Origin: Pseudonocardia sp.
GTDB taxonomy: Bacteria > Actinomycetota > Actinomycetes > Mycobacteriales > Pseudonocardiaceae
Assembly (NCBI GenBank): GCA_025869365.1
Contig: JAOZVV010000002.1
Location: 11,495 to 75,494, forward strand
DNA length: 64,000 nucleotides
Direction of reading: 5' to 3'
Shown in pieces: positions 55,127 through 64,000 of this stretch. The position numbers were made by a program, and so were the translations under genes. The stretch's first letter is position 1. Every line of letters begins with the position of its first letter. The notes beneath the pieces were generated by a model, which saw nothing but the letters and a program-made list of their open reading frames with translations, searched no databases and was not told where the DNA came from.

Positions 55127-56197
55127 TCACGAGCGTGCCTTTCGGAGGGAAGGGGTCGTGGGCAGTGCCGTCGTGCCCGGGCCGGTGGTGCCCGGGCCGG
55201 TGATGCCGGGATCGGTCGTGCCGGGATCGGTCGTGGTGGGGCTCGTCGCGCCGGTGGGTACGAGCAGATGGCAGGACGCCGCGTGGTCCGGCGCCACGAG
55301 CTCCACCGTGGGTTCGACCACGGCACACTCGTCGAGGGCCAGCGGGCACCGGGGATGGAACCGGCATCCCGAGGGGGGATCCGCCGGGTCCGGGATCTCC
55401 CCACGGACGGGTCGGGCCTGCCCGATGCCGGGTTCGGCGCGGGGGAGAGAGGACAGCAGCCCCTGGGTGTAGGGGTGCTGTGGGTTCTCGAGGACCGATC
55501 GCGCCGGACCCGCCTCGACGATCTGGCCCAGGTACAGCACCGCGACCCGGTCCGCGATGTAGGGGAGGAGCGCGATGTCATGGGTGATGAAGACGTAGGT
55601 GAGCTCGCGTTCCGCCCGGAGCTCGACGAGCAGGTTGACGATCTCGGCCTGGAGCGAGACGTCCAGCGCGGAGACCGCCTCGTCACAGATCACCAGGCGA
55701 GGACGCGAGATGAGCGCTCGGGCGATCGCGATCCGCTGCCGCTGCCCGCCGGAGAGCTGATGCGGGAACCGCTCCTGCAGCGGACCCTCGAGGCCGACAC
55801 GGTCCAGCATCTCACCCGCCCTCGCCCGGGCCTCCCGCGCGGACGTTCCGGCGACGACCAGGGGTTCGGCGACCGACTCACGCACCCGCCAACGGGGGTC
55901 GAGGGAGGATCCCGCGTCCTGCGGGATGAACTGCATGCGGTGGCGTTCCCGGCGGAGTGCAGCGCCCTTGAGGTCGTCCCAGCGCAGGCCGTCGAAGTCG
56001 ATCCGACCGGTGGTGTGCGGCACCAACCGCAGCAGCGCGCTCGCGACCGTCGACTTGCCGGATCCGGACTCCCCGATGACGGCGAGGGTCTGACCCGCGT
56101 CGAGGTCGAAGTCGATGTGGTCGACGGCCCGCAGCCGACCCCGCCCGACCCGGTACTCCACGGTCAGGTCCCGGACCGACAGCAGCGGCGCGCTCAC
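55127..56197 (-). CDS. ABC transporter ATP-binding protein (DppF/OppF-like) with Thr/Pro/Gly-rich C-terminal tail
   Basis: GTG at aa 157 of ORF 55127..56665, in GTGA overlap. GESGSGKST, LSGGQRQR, oligopeptide C-terminal domain ...PPSGCRFHPRCP... Confidence 0.9.
   Translation of the reverse strand: MSAPLLSVRDLTVEYRVGRGRLRAVDHIDFDLDAGQTLAVIGESGSGKSTVASALLRLVPHTTGRIDFDGLRWDDLKGAALRRERHRMQFIPQDAGSSLDPRWRVRESVAEPLVVAGTSAREARARAGEMLDRVGLEGPLQERFPHQLSGGQRQRIAIARALISRPRLVICDEAVSALDVSLQAEIVNLLVELRAERELTYVFITHDIALLPYIADRVAVLYLGQIVEAGPARSVLENPQHPYTQGLLSSLPRAEPGIGQARPVRGEIPDPADPPSGCRFHPRCPLALDECAVVEPTVELVAPDHAASCHLLVPTGATSPTTTDPGTTDPGITGPGTTGPGTTALPTTPSLRKARS
55173..55247 (-). repeat. 15-bp in-frame tandem repeat x5 encoding a (T/G)T(D/G)PG tail
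   Basis: The + strand reads gtgcccgggccggtg x2, (a/g)tgccgggatcggtc x2, gtggtggggctcgtc. Confidence 0.85.
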
Positions 56198-57177
56198 GCG
56201 ACGACCCCGGCCGGCTCGGCCGCCCGGATGCAGCGCACGCTCCGGCCGGGGAGCAGCGGGGTGAGGACCTGCGGCTCGCCGCAGACGTCCTGTGCTTCCC
56301 GGCAGCGCGGCTTGAACAGGCATCCGCTCGGGGTGGTGGACGGCGAGGGCACGCGTCCGGGGATGACGTCGAGGTGCTCGTCCCACCCGTCGATCCGGGG
56401 CCGGGCCGCCATCAGACGTGCGGTGTAGGGGTGCCGCGGCCGGTCGAGGACCTCGGCCGTCGGGCCGATCTCGACGACCTCGCCCGCGTACATCGTGACG
56501 ACGTCGTCGCAGACGGCACCGACGGCGCCGAGGTCGTGGGTGATGAGCAGGACCGAGATCCCGTCCTCGTCGCAGAGGGTGCGGAGCAGGCGCAGGATCT
56601 GGGCCTGGATGGTGAGGTCCAGTGCCGTCGTGGGTTCGTCCGCGACGAGCAGGCGGGGCCGGCACGCGATGGCGGCGGCGATCATGGCCCGCTGACGCAG
56701 GCCGCCCGAGAGCTCGTGCGGATAGCGCCGGAACCGGTTGGCCGGGTCCGGCATCCCGACCCGTCCGAGCACCTCGATGGCCCGCTCCCGGGCCGCGGCC
56801 CGGCCCAGGCCGTCGTGCACCCTGATCGTCTCGGTCACCTGGGTGCCGATCGTGAGCAGCGGGTTCAGCGCGGTCATCGGGTCCTGGAAGATCATCCCGA
56901 GGCGGGAGCCGCGTAGCCCGTTCGCCTCCGGCTCCGTCAGACCCACGAGTTCGGTGCCCGCGAACACGGCGCTGCCGGCGACGGTGGTGGTGTCCGGGTC
57001 GTGCAGGCCCAGCAGAGCCAGGCCGGTTGCGGTCTTGCCGCTGCCCGACTCACCGACCAGCCCGACCATCCGGCCCTCGCCGACTTCGAACGACGCGTCG
57101 CGGACGGCGGCGTGACGGCCGCTGCGCGACTCGAACACCACCGACAGGCGATCGACGGTGAGGCATGTGCCCGCCAT
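56194..57177 (-). CDS. ABC transporter ATP-binding protein (DppD/OppD-like)
   Basis: 327 aa. [18 protein letters not shown], ...[10 protein letters not shown]... GGAGG SD upstream. Confidence 0.9.
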   Translation of the reverse strand: MAGTCLTVDRLSVVFESRSGRHAAVRDASFEVGEGRMVGLVGESGSGKTATGLALLGLHDPDTTTVAGSAVFAGTELVGLTEPEANGLRGSRLGMIFQDPMTALNPLLTIGTQVTETIRVHDGLGRAAARERAIEVLGRVGMPDPANRFRRYPHELSGGLRQRAMIAAAIACRPRLLVADEPTTALDLTIQAQILRLLRTLCDEDGISVLLITHDLGAVGAVCDDVVTMYAGEVVEIGPTAEVLDRPRHPYTARLMAARPRIDGWDEHLDVIPGRVPSPSTTPSGCLFKPRCREAQDVCGEPQVLTPLLPGRSVRCIRAAEPAGVVA

Positions 57178-57204
57178 TGGGCAACCTCCATGGTGTGGAT
57201 CACT

Positions 57205-57246
57205 TCAGACTTTAAAGATATTGGTTCAAGTCTGTAGCGATGTCAA
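57205..57246 (-). promoter_or_regulatory. promoter candidate (perfect TTGACA -35) overlapped by the 7-bp inverted repeat CAGACTT-N15-AAGTCTG
   Basis: Minus strand reads TTGACAtcgctaCAGACTTgaaccaatatctttaAAGTCTGaag. It is an AT-rich patch about 30-70 nt upstream of the operon's first gene. Confidence 0.4.
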
Positions 57247-57503
57247 CAGCCATGATGGCTCGGATGGACGTGACCGCGCTCCGCGTCGTCGATCGACCGG
57301 CCGTCGTCGCAGGTCAGCAGGGGTGGGGGAGACCACAGAGGGTAGTCGGAAATCGATTCATCACGCAACGGAGTGCGCCCACTCGCCTCCTCGGCACCCC
57401 TCGGACCGGGCCGGAACCCGTCGTCCCGAACCTGTCACATCCTCCCGGCCCCGCGGGTCACCCCTGTGGGCCGCCCACACGGGGCGGACACGAGGAGGAC
57501 ACG

Positions 57504-57959
57504 ATGAAGGCTCGGATGACCAATCCCGCGATGGTGCTGCCGGATGCGTTGACGGCACTGCTCGCGCTGGGCGAGGCGGCGACGGCGGGCACCGTCCCCG
57601 GCACGACCCACCAGCTGATCCACCTGAGGGTGAGCCAGATCAACGGCTGCAGCTTCTGCGTCGACATGCACGCGAGGGAGCTCAAGGAGGCAGGGGAGAA
57701 GGACGAGCGGATCTGGGGCGTCGGGGCCTGGCGGGAGTCGCCCTACTTCAGCGACGCGGAACGCGCCGCCCTGGCGCTCGCCGAGTGCGTGACCCGCCTG
57801 GCGGACCGGCCGGATCCCGTCCCCGACGCGGTCTGGGACGACGCCGCCGACCACTACGACGAGAAGGAGCTCTCGTCGCTGCTGCTCTCGATCGGGGCGA
57901 TCAACGTGTTCAACCGGCTCAACGCCGCGGTCCGGCAGCCGGCCGGTGCCACCTGGTGA
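57504..57959 (+). CDS. carboxymuconolactone decarboxylase / AhpD-like family protein
   Basis: ATG at aa 89 of ORF 57240..57959, after GAGGAGGA. ...LIHLRVSQINGCSFCVDMH... CxxC motif. Confidence 0.85.
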   Translation: MKARMTNPAMVLPDALTALLALGEAATAGTVPGTTHQLIHLRVSQINGCSFCVDMHARELKEAGEKDERIWGVGAWRESPYFSDAERAALALAECVTRLADRPDPVPDAVWDDAADHYDEKELSSLLLSIGAINVFNRLNAAVRQPAGATW

Positions 57960-58016
57960 GGCCGGTCACCCGACGCCGGGCCGGAGCTCGTCGGCGACCG
58001 ACCCCGCACCCGGGCC

Positions 58017-58673
58017 TCAGCGCGGAACCGACCGGCCGAGCCGCGCCGCGAGCTCCGCCGCCTGCGCGTGCGCCTCCGCGAGCTCGGCTCGGCCACGGTC
58101 GCGCTGATCCGCCAGCGCGGGCACGGTCTCGGCGAGCGTGAGACTCGTGGTGATCACCGAGACCGCCATCCCGAGGGACGTACCCAGGATGATCCGCAGC
58201 ATCGGGACGGCGTGGTCCCACCCCTCCGTGGGCGTCCCGGCGTCGTAGGACGCGCCCCGGCTCGTGACGACGACGGCCGGGCGCCCCCTGAGCGGTTGGG
58301 TGTCCGTGTCGAACGGCGCCGTGACCCCGGGGACGTGGACGTGGTCGATCCAGGCCTTGAGCGTCGACGGCACGGAGTAGTTGTAGAGCGGCGCCCCGAC
58401 CAGCAGGACGTCCGCGGCGAGCAGTTCGTCGAGGATCTCCTGCTGCACCCGCTCCGCCTCGGCCGGCGGTGCGGCGTCCGCGGGTCGCAGCCGCGGCGCC
58501 CAGTGCAGGTCCGCGTCCCGCAGGTGCGGTAGCGGATCCCGGTGCAGGTCCCGCCGGATCACCGTGCGCTCCGGTCCGAGGCCGGTCCATGCCTCCGCGA
58601 AGGCGCGGGTGATCGACCGTGAGCGGGACCTCCGCAGGTCGGCAGACGAGTCGAGGTGCAGCAGGGTGGGCAT
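58017..58673 (-). CDS. azoR: FMN-dependent NADH-azoreductase
   Basis: MPTLLHLDSSA......VGAPLYNYSVPSTLKAWIDHV... Confidence 0.85.
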   Translation of the reverse strand: MPTLLHLDSSADLRRSRSRSITRAFAEAWTGLGPERTVIRRDLHRDPLPHLRDADLHWAPRLRPADAAPPAEAERVQQEILDELLAADVLLVGAPLYNYSVPSTLKAWIDHVHVPGVTAPFDTDTQPLRGRPAVVVTSRGASYDAGTPTEGWDHAVPMLRIILGTSLGMAVSVITTSLTLAETVPALADQRDRGRAELAEAHAQAAELAARLGRSVPR

Positions 58674-58692
58674 GATCGGCGACGTTACGCGC

Positions 58693-59487
58693 TCACTCCC
58701 GCGACGCCTTCGCCCGCGGACCCAGGTGCATGCCCGCGTCCGACACCATCGTCGTGCCCGTCATGTGCACCGCGCCCTCGTCCGCCAGGAAGACGACCGC
58801 GGTGGCGATGTCCTCCGGTGTCCCGGCCCGCTGCAGCGGCGTGATGCGCTCCTGGGAGGCGACCATCTCGTCGAAGCGGTCCGCACCGAGCGGGCCGGAG
58901 AACCAGCGGGTGCCGATGAAGCCGGGGCACACGGCGTTGACCCGGATCTCCGGGGCGAGCGCTCGGGCCAGGGAGAGCGTCATCGTGTTGAGCGCGCCCT
59001 TGGAGGCGGCGTAGGCGATCGAGGTGCCGATGCCCTGGAGACCGCCGATCGAGGAGACGTTCACGATCGCGCCGTAGCCCTGCTCCTTCATGGCCGGGGT
59101 GACCGCCCGCACCATCTGGAACGGTCCGACGACGTTGGTGCGGTAGATCGCCCGGAAATCGTCCGCGTCGAGTCCCTCGAGGTCCTCGTGGGCGACCATC
59201 TTGGTCCGGCCCGCGTTGTTGACCAGCACGTCGACCCGCCCCCAGCGCTCCAGGACGTCCGCGACGAGCCGGCGGCAGTCCGCGTCGTCGCCCACGTCCC
59301 CCTGGATCGCGACGGCCTCGACGCCCGCCTCGCGGCACTGCGCGGCCGTCGCCTCGGCCTCGTCGACGCTCTTCGAGTAGTTGACGACCACCGTGGCGCC
59401 GCGGGCGGCGAGCCCGTGGCACACGGCGGCCCCGAGGCCCGTCGCACCGCCGGTGACGATCGCGACCTTGCCGGTCATGGAGCCCAT
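58693..59487 (-). CDS. SDR family oxidoreductase
   Basis: C-terminal 264 aa of ORF 58693..59916. TGGATGLG, NNAG, YAASK motifs. Its ATG shares 1 nt with the upstream stop. Confidence 0.9.
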   Translation of the reverse strand: MGSMTGKVAIVTGGATGLGAAVCHGLAARGATVVVNYSKSVDEAEATAAQCREAGVEAVAIQGDVGDDADCRRLVADVLERWGRVDVLVNNAGRTKMVAHEDLEGLDADDFRAIYRTNVVGPFQMVRAVTPAMKEQGYGAIVNVSSIGGLQGIGTSIAYAASKGALNTMTLSLARALAPEIRVNAVCPGFIGTRWFSGPLGADRFDEMVASQERITPLQRAGTPEDIATAVVFLADEGAVHMTGTTMVSDAGMHLGPRAKASRE

Positions 59488-60953
59488 CAGCTGCTTCCTT
59501 CCAGTGCTGCGGACGTGATCCGTTCGGCGCGCAGGGCGCCGCGGCGGACCTTGCCCGCGTCGTTGCGGACGGGCGCGTCGACGAGTTCGACGCTGCGGGG
59601 GATCTTGTAGCGGGTCAGGTGCGTGGCCAGGTACTGCAGCAACGCGGCCTCGTCGAGCCCGCCGGGGGCGTCGACGACGGCGTGCACGCGCTGGCCCAGG
59701 TCCTCGTCCGGGAGGCCGATCACGGCGTTGGAGCGGACGCCGGGGAACCCGTCGATCGCCGCCTCGACCTCGGCCGGGTACACGTTGGCGCCCCCGGAGA
59801 TGATCATGTCCGTACGGCGGTCCGCCAGGAAGAGGTAGCCCTCGGCGTCGAGGTGGCCCATGTCCCCGATCCACTCCCAGCCGTCCGCGTCGTACTGCGG
59901 CGTGCCGCCGATGCACTCGTAGGTGGAGCCGGGGCCGTTCTCCGGGAGCATGTAGACGTCGCCGACCTCACCCGGCGGCAGCTCCCGCCGGTCCGGGCCG
60001 AGGATCTTGACCTGGAACCCCTCCATCGCCCGGCCCACCGAGCCCGGGTGCTCCAGCCACTCCGTCCCGGAGATCCAGCACGCGCCGTTGCCCTCGGTAC
60101 CACCGAAGATCTCGCACACGACGTCCCCGCCGACCCACTCGATCCACGCCCGCTTCAACCAGGGCGGGCAGGCGGACGCGGTGTGCAGCACCGTCCGGAG
60201 CGAGGACAGGTCGTACCGCGCCTTGACCTCGTCGGGCAGCTTCCAGATGCGCTGCATCATGGTCGGGACCATGGTCGTGTAGGTGATCCGCTCGCGGGCG
60301 ATCGTCGCGAGCACGGTCTCGGCGTCGAAGCGGGGCAGCACGGTCACCGGGTTGCCGAGGACCATCGCCAACGACGAGAACAGGAACGGCCCGTTGTGGT
60401 AGAGCGGGCCCTGCACCAGATGACGCCCGTCCGGTGCCATCTCGACGATCGGCTCCCCGGGATCGAACTCGCCGGGATCCCTGGACACGATGATCTTGGG
60501 ACGGCCGGTGGTCCCGCCCGACGCGAGCGCCTTCCACCGCGGCGGCACCCGCTCGGGCAGCGGCCCGTCGGGCAGTGCGGGATCGGGCTCGTGGCCGATC
60601 GGCAGGGTGGGGAAGCCGGGGACCTCGTCCGGACCGACGATGACGGCCGGGTCGACCAGCGCCACCAGCGCGTCCCGCTCCGCCGCGGGCATCCGCCAGG
60701 AGATCGGCAGCGGGGTCGCACCGAGCTTCCACGCCGCGAAGGCCGTCTCGTGTACCGCCGTGGAGTTCGGCAGCGCGATCATCACGAACGATCCCTCGCC
60801 GACCCCGCGGCGTTCGAGGTCGCGCGCGAGCCGGTTGGTCCGCGAGTCCAGCTCGGCCCAGGTCAGGGTCGTCCGGTCGTCGGACAGTGCGGTCTCGTCG
60901 GGCTTTCGCTCCGCCCAGTACGCCGGGATGCTGCCGATCGGCATCGTCGCCAC
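59487..60953 (-). CDS. AMP-dependent synthetase/ligase
   Basis: 488 aa. ...ASGGTTGRPKII... AMP motif and ...IGDMGHLD... Confidence 0.9.
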   Translation of the reverse strand: MATMPIGSIPAYWAERKPDETALSDDRTTLTWAELDSRTNRLARDLERRGVGEGSFVMIALPNSTAVHETAFAAWKLGATPLPISWRMPAAERDALVALVDPAVIVGPDEVPGFPTLPIGHEPDPALPDGPLPERVPPRWKALASGGTTGRPKIIVSRDPGEFDPGEPIVEMAPDGRHLVQGPLYHNGPFLFSSLAMVLGNPVTVLPRFDAETVLATIARERITYTTMVPTMMQRIWKLPDEVKARYDLSSLRTVLHTASACPPWLKRAWIEWVGGDVVCEIFGGTEGNGACWISGTEWLEHPGSVGRAMEGFQVKILGPDRRELPPGEVGDVYMLPENGPGSTYECIGGTPQYDADGWEWIGDMGHLDAEGYLFLADRRTDMIISGGANVYPAEVEAAIDGFPGVRSNAVIGLPDEDLGQRVHAVVDAPGGLDEAALLQYLATHLTRYKIPRSVELVDAPVRNDAGKVRRGALRAERITSAALEGSS

Positions 60954-61250
60954 ACCCCCACCCTGACCCGGGGAGCGGCCGGTGACAAGACCCTGACTGA
61001 ACGAACGTTAAGAGTCGGCCGGATCCGGGTCCCGCTTCGGCCCGGAACGCCGTCGGCGGACCTTTGCTCTGCGCACACCGACGCGCCACCCGTGCCGGGC
61101 GGGTGTGATCACCGTTCGTGACCCGTGGCAGCCGTCCGTGACCGCATCGGGGGTCGGAATCGGTGATCACGGGGGTCGCCGGCACGGGTGGTGCGTGGGC
61201 GTGCGCAGAGCAAGGCTCCCCGCGGGGCTCGCCCGACCCGAGGGGGGAGA

Positions 61251-62504
61251 ATGGCGCAGCAGTCGAGAAGAAGGAGTGTGGACGCGGTGACGGGGACCAC
61301 CAGGCCGCTCGAAGGCCTGCACATCGTGGAGTGCGCGAGCTTCGTGGCCGGCCCCACGGGTGGGATGACGCTGGCGCAGCTCGGCGCGGACGTCGTGCGG
61401 ATCGACCCCGTCGGCGGCGGGAGCGACCACCTGCGCTGGCCGGTGGCCCGGGACGGCGAGAGCTACTACTGGGCGTCGCTCAACAAGGGCAAGCGTTCGG
61501 TCGCGGTGGACATGCGCTCGGACGAGGGACGCGAGCTGGTCACCGCGCTGATCGCGGCACCCGGCGAGGACCGCGGGGTGCTGATCGACAACGTCGTCGG
61601 GCGCCGGTGGATGTCCCACGAGGCCCTCGCGGCGACCCGCCCGGACCTGATCCACGTGCGCGTCCAGGGCTATCCGGACGGCCGCCCGGCCGTCGACTAC
61701 ACGGTCAACGCCGAGGTGGGGATCCCGCAGATCACCGGCACCGAGGAGGGCGGGGCACCGGTCAACCACGTGCTCCCGGCCTGGGACCTGGTGACCGGCC
61801 TCAGCGTCTCGACGGGTGTGCTGGCCGCGCTGCACAAGCGCGCGCGGACCGGGGAGGGCGCGTTCATCGAGCTGGCCCTGTCCGACGTCGCGCTGGCCGG
61901 GGTCGCGAACCTCGGCTGGCTGTCGGAGTCCGAGGAGCGCGGGCACGAGCGCCCGCGGCACGGCAACCACGTCTACGGCAGCTTCGGCGTGGACTTCGCC
62001 TGCTCGGACGGGCAGCGGGTCATGGTCGTCGCGCTGACGGAGGGCCAGTGGTCCGCGCTGCGGAAGGTCACCGGCACCGAGGCGGTGTTCACGGCGCTCG
62101 AGGCGGCACTGGACGCGGACCTCACGCAGGAGTCCGAGCGCTACCGCCTCCGGGAGACCATCGCGGCCGTCCTGCGTCCCTGGTTCTCGACGCGGGACCT
62201 CAAGCAGGTCAGCGACGAGCTCGACGCCGCCCGCGTGCTGTGGGGCCGCTACCAGGGGATGACCGACGTCGTCGCGCAGCACCGGCGGGGCGTGCACGCG
62301 ATCCTCGAGGACATGGCGCTGCCCGGCTCCGGGGTCGCGGCGATCACCGCCCGGTCGCCCCTGCGCTTCGACGGCGACCGCGGCCCCGCCGGGCGGGTCC
62401 CGTTGCTCGGCCGGGACACCGAGGAGGTGCTCGCGGAGATCCTCGGGCTGGGCTCCGCCGAGATCGGCGGGCTGCGGGAGCGCGGCGTCATCGGCGCCCC
62501 CTGA
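61251..62504 (+). CDS. CoA transferase, family III
   Basis: ATG at aa 22 of ORF 61188..62504, after GGGGGAGA. ...LHIVECASFVAGPTGGMTLAQLGADVVRIDP...NKGKRSVAVD... Confidence 0.9.
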   Translation: MAQQSRRRSVDAVTGTTRPLEGLHIVECASFVAGPTGGMTLAQLGADVVRIDPVGGGSDHLRWPVARDGESYYWASLNKGKRSVAVDMRSDEGRELVTALIAAPGEDRGVLIDNVVGRRWMSHEALAATRPDLIHVRVQGYPDGRPAVDYTVNAEVGIPQITGTEEGGAPVNHVLPAWDLVTGLSVSTGVLAALHKRARTGEGAFIELALSDVALAGVANLGWLSESEERGHERPRHGNHVYGSFGVDFACSDGQRVMVVALTEGQWSALRKVTGTEAVFTALEAALDADLTQESERYRLRETIAAVLRPWFSTRDLKQVSDELDAARVLWGRYQGMTDVVAQHRRGVHAILEDMALPGSGVAAITARSPLRFDGDRGPAGRVPLLGRDTEEVLAEILGLGSAEIGGLRERGVIGAP

Positions 62505-62526
62505 CCGGGCGGGTGCGCGGCCGGGC

Positions 62527-63999
62527 TCAGTCCCCGGCCGCGCCGACGGGCCGTGGTGCCGGGTTCGCGAGCTCCGGTTCCGCGGGTTCCGCCGGTTCCG
62601 GGGCACGGTCCCGGCTCCGCCGCGACGCGATCACGACCCCGATCGCCGCGGCGACCACCCCGGTGGCGCCCGCGAAGAGCCAGCTGTGCCGGAAGTTCGC
62701 GAGGCCGGGGGAGTCCCCGATCAGCAGGACCAGGATCGCCGTGCCCAGCACCGTGCCGACCTGCCGGCAGGTGTTGACCATCGACGAGCCGGAGCCCCAG
62801 CGCGCCGCGGGCAGCACCGTGGCCACGATCCCGGACAGGCTGGGCATGAGCAGCCCGACGCCGAGGCCGGTCAGCAGCTGGCCGGGCAGCATCGCGGTGA
62901 GGTAGGCGGGCTCGACGCCCATCCGCCACAGCCACACGCCCACGCCGAGCGCGAACGAGACCCCGCCGGCCACCATCATCGGCCCCGCGCCGAACCGGTG
63001 GTTCAACGACCCGCCGAGCCGCGCCACGATCACGACCACGAGCGGGCCGGGCGCGAGCGACAGCCCGGCGGTCAGCGCCGAGTCGCCCCAGATGCCGGTC
63101 AGGAACGCGACGTTGCCGAGCAGCATCGCCGCGAACCCGGACGAGTAGACGGCCATCGCGACGCAGGCGAGCCAGAACGTCGGCACCCTCAGCGCGGGCA
63201 GGTCCATGATCGGTGCCGGGTGCCGGGTGGAGCGCCACGGCACCCAGGTCAGCGCCAGCAGCGCGAGCCCGAACGCGACGAGCACCCCCGGGCTCGCCCA
63301 GCCGTCCTCGGGCGCCTTGACCAGCGCGTAGGCGAGCGCGCCGACGCCGAGCAGCAGCCCGGCCGCGCCGAGCAGGTCCGGCACCCCGGTGCGGGCGTCC
63401 CGGAACTCCCGCAGCACCCGCGGCCCGACCACGAGCGTGACCAGGCAGATCGGCAGGTTGACCAGGAACACCCAGCGCCAGGACGCCTCGACGAGCAGCC
63501 CGCCCACCGGCGGCCCCAGCGCGGCCGCGATCGCGCCGACGGACGCCCAGGTCCCGACCGCGACCGAGCGCCGCTCCGCCGGGAACGCGGCGAGGAGCAG
63601 CGCCAGTGACGTCGGCATGATCAGCGCGGCGCCGGCGGCCTGCAGCATCCGGAACACGACGAGCAGCCACACCGATCCCGCGAGGGCGCAGGCCGCCGAG
63701 GCGAGGGTGAAGGTCGCCACGCCGAGCAGGAACAGCCGCCTGCGGCCGAACCGGTCCGCCAGCCGTCCGGCCGGGGCGAGGAACGCCGCGAACACGACGG
63801 TGTAGGCGTTGAGCACCCAGGACAGGTTCGCGATCCCGGCGTCCGGGAAGTCCGCCCGGATCGCGGGGAACGCGATCGCGACGATGAAGAGGTCCAGCGT
63901 GGCGAGGAACGCCGCGGTGGAGACGACGAGCAGGGTCGCCCCGGGCCGCGCTGCTGAGTTCACCTGAGCAACGTAGCTCGCCGGGGGTGCCCGGCTCAA
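62527..63999 (-). CDS. MFS transporter, DHA2 (14-TM, EmrB/QacA-like)
   Basis: 490-aa ORF. ...TLDLFIVAIAFPAI... and ...LAGRLADRFGRRRLFL... motifs. The start is uncertain: TTG at 63999 touches the window edge, and GTG at 63966 is an alternative. Confidence 0.85.
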   Translation of the reverse strand: MSRAPPASYVAQVNSAARPGATLLVVSTAAFLATLDLFIVAIAFPAIRADFPDAGIANLSWVLNAYTVVFAAFLAPAGRLADRFGRRRLFLLGVATFTLASAACALAGSVWLLVVFRMLQAAGAALIMPTSLALLLAAFPAERRSVAVGTWASVGAIAAALGPPVGGLLVEASWRWVFLVNLPICLVTLVVGPRVLREFRDARTGVPDLLGAAGLLLGVGALAYALVKAPEDGWASPGVLVAFGLALLALTWVPWRSTRHPAPIMDLPALRVPTFWLACVAMAVYSSGFAAMLLGNVAFLTGIWGDSALTAGLSLAPGPLVVVIVARLGGSLNHRFGAGPMMVAGGVSFALGVGVWLWRMGVEPAYLTAMLPGQLLTGLGVGLLMPSLSGIVATVLPAARWGSGSSMVNTCRQVGTVLGTAILVLLIGDSPGLANFRHSWLFAGATGVVAAAIGVVIASRRSRDRAPEPAEPAEPELANPAPRPVGAAGD

Positions 64000-64000
64000 G

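Noticed and set aside
52561-55686. A 1041-aa ORF apparently fusing the ABC ATPase, SBP and permease regions.
   Set aside because: Only the last 342 aa (the DppB-like permease) look like protein. The upstream part is an alternative frame over the SBP and ATPase genes, which have their own well-supported frames (53589..55109 and 55127..56197).
57240-57503. An 88-aa N-terminal extension of the AhpD-like ORF.
   Set aside because: The extension is not protein-like. A strong GAGGAGGA SD precedes the internal ATG at 57504, and CMD/AhpD-family proteins are about 150 aa.

Overview
This is a high-GC (roughly 70%+) actinobacterial chromosomal segment with about 60 protein-coding genes. I recognised no rRNA, tRNA, CRISPR array or transposase.

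Positions 6.5-32 kb carry a conserved housekeeping backbone: nadD-rsfS-gpgP-like-octT-like-degV-comEA-comEC ... holA, rpsT, a circularly permuted ATP-grasp/alpha-E/transglutaminase operon ... lepA. As far as I remember, the order matches the Mycobacterium tuberculosis Rv2421c->Rv2404c region. Two lineage-specific inserts interrupt it:
- A SAM-I riboswitch-controlled threonine-synthase-like gene wedged between comEC and holA.
- A roughly 9.4 kb block at 20.8-30.2 kb, holding an RHH::Clp_N fusion, hydrolase, TetR, FAD monooxygenase, large LuxR/LAL regulator, YceI and a PRC-barrel protein.

The second half (32-64 kb) is accessory and catabolic:
- MarR/ADH, a sirtuin and a crotonase.
- An AraC-LLM-hydrolase-esterase cluster and an ABC exporter.
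- A DUF222-HNH gene with three orphan genes.
- An apparent 10-gene minus-strand operon joining a peptide-type ABC importer to crotonase, AMP-ligase, CoA-transferase and an LLM::MarR fusion protein.
- A second AMP-ligase/SDR/CoA-transferase module and MFS transporters.

The candidates most worth a second look are:
- The uncharacterised ATP-grasp/alpha-E/transglutaminase operon, which has a poly-Gln tail and a 21-bp tandem repeat array upstream.
- The riboswitch-thrC-like insert.
- The RHH::Clp_N and LLM::MarR fusions.
- The orphan-gene islet with a perfect 22-bp palindrome.

All functional calls come from reading the ORF-track translations and recalling motifs. No database search was run. Start codons were chosen by hand and may be off.
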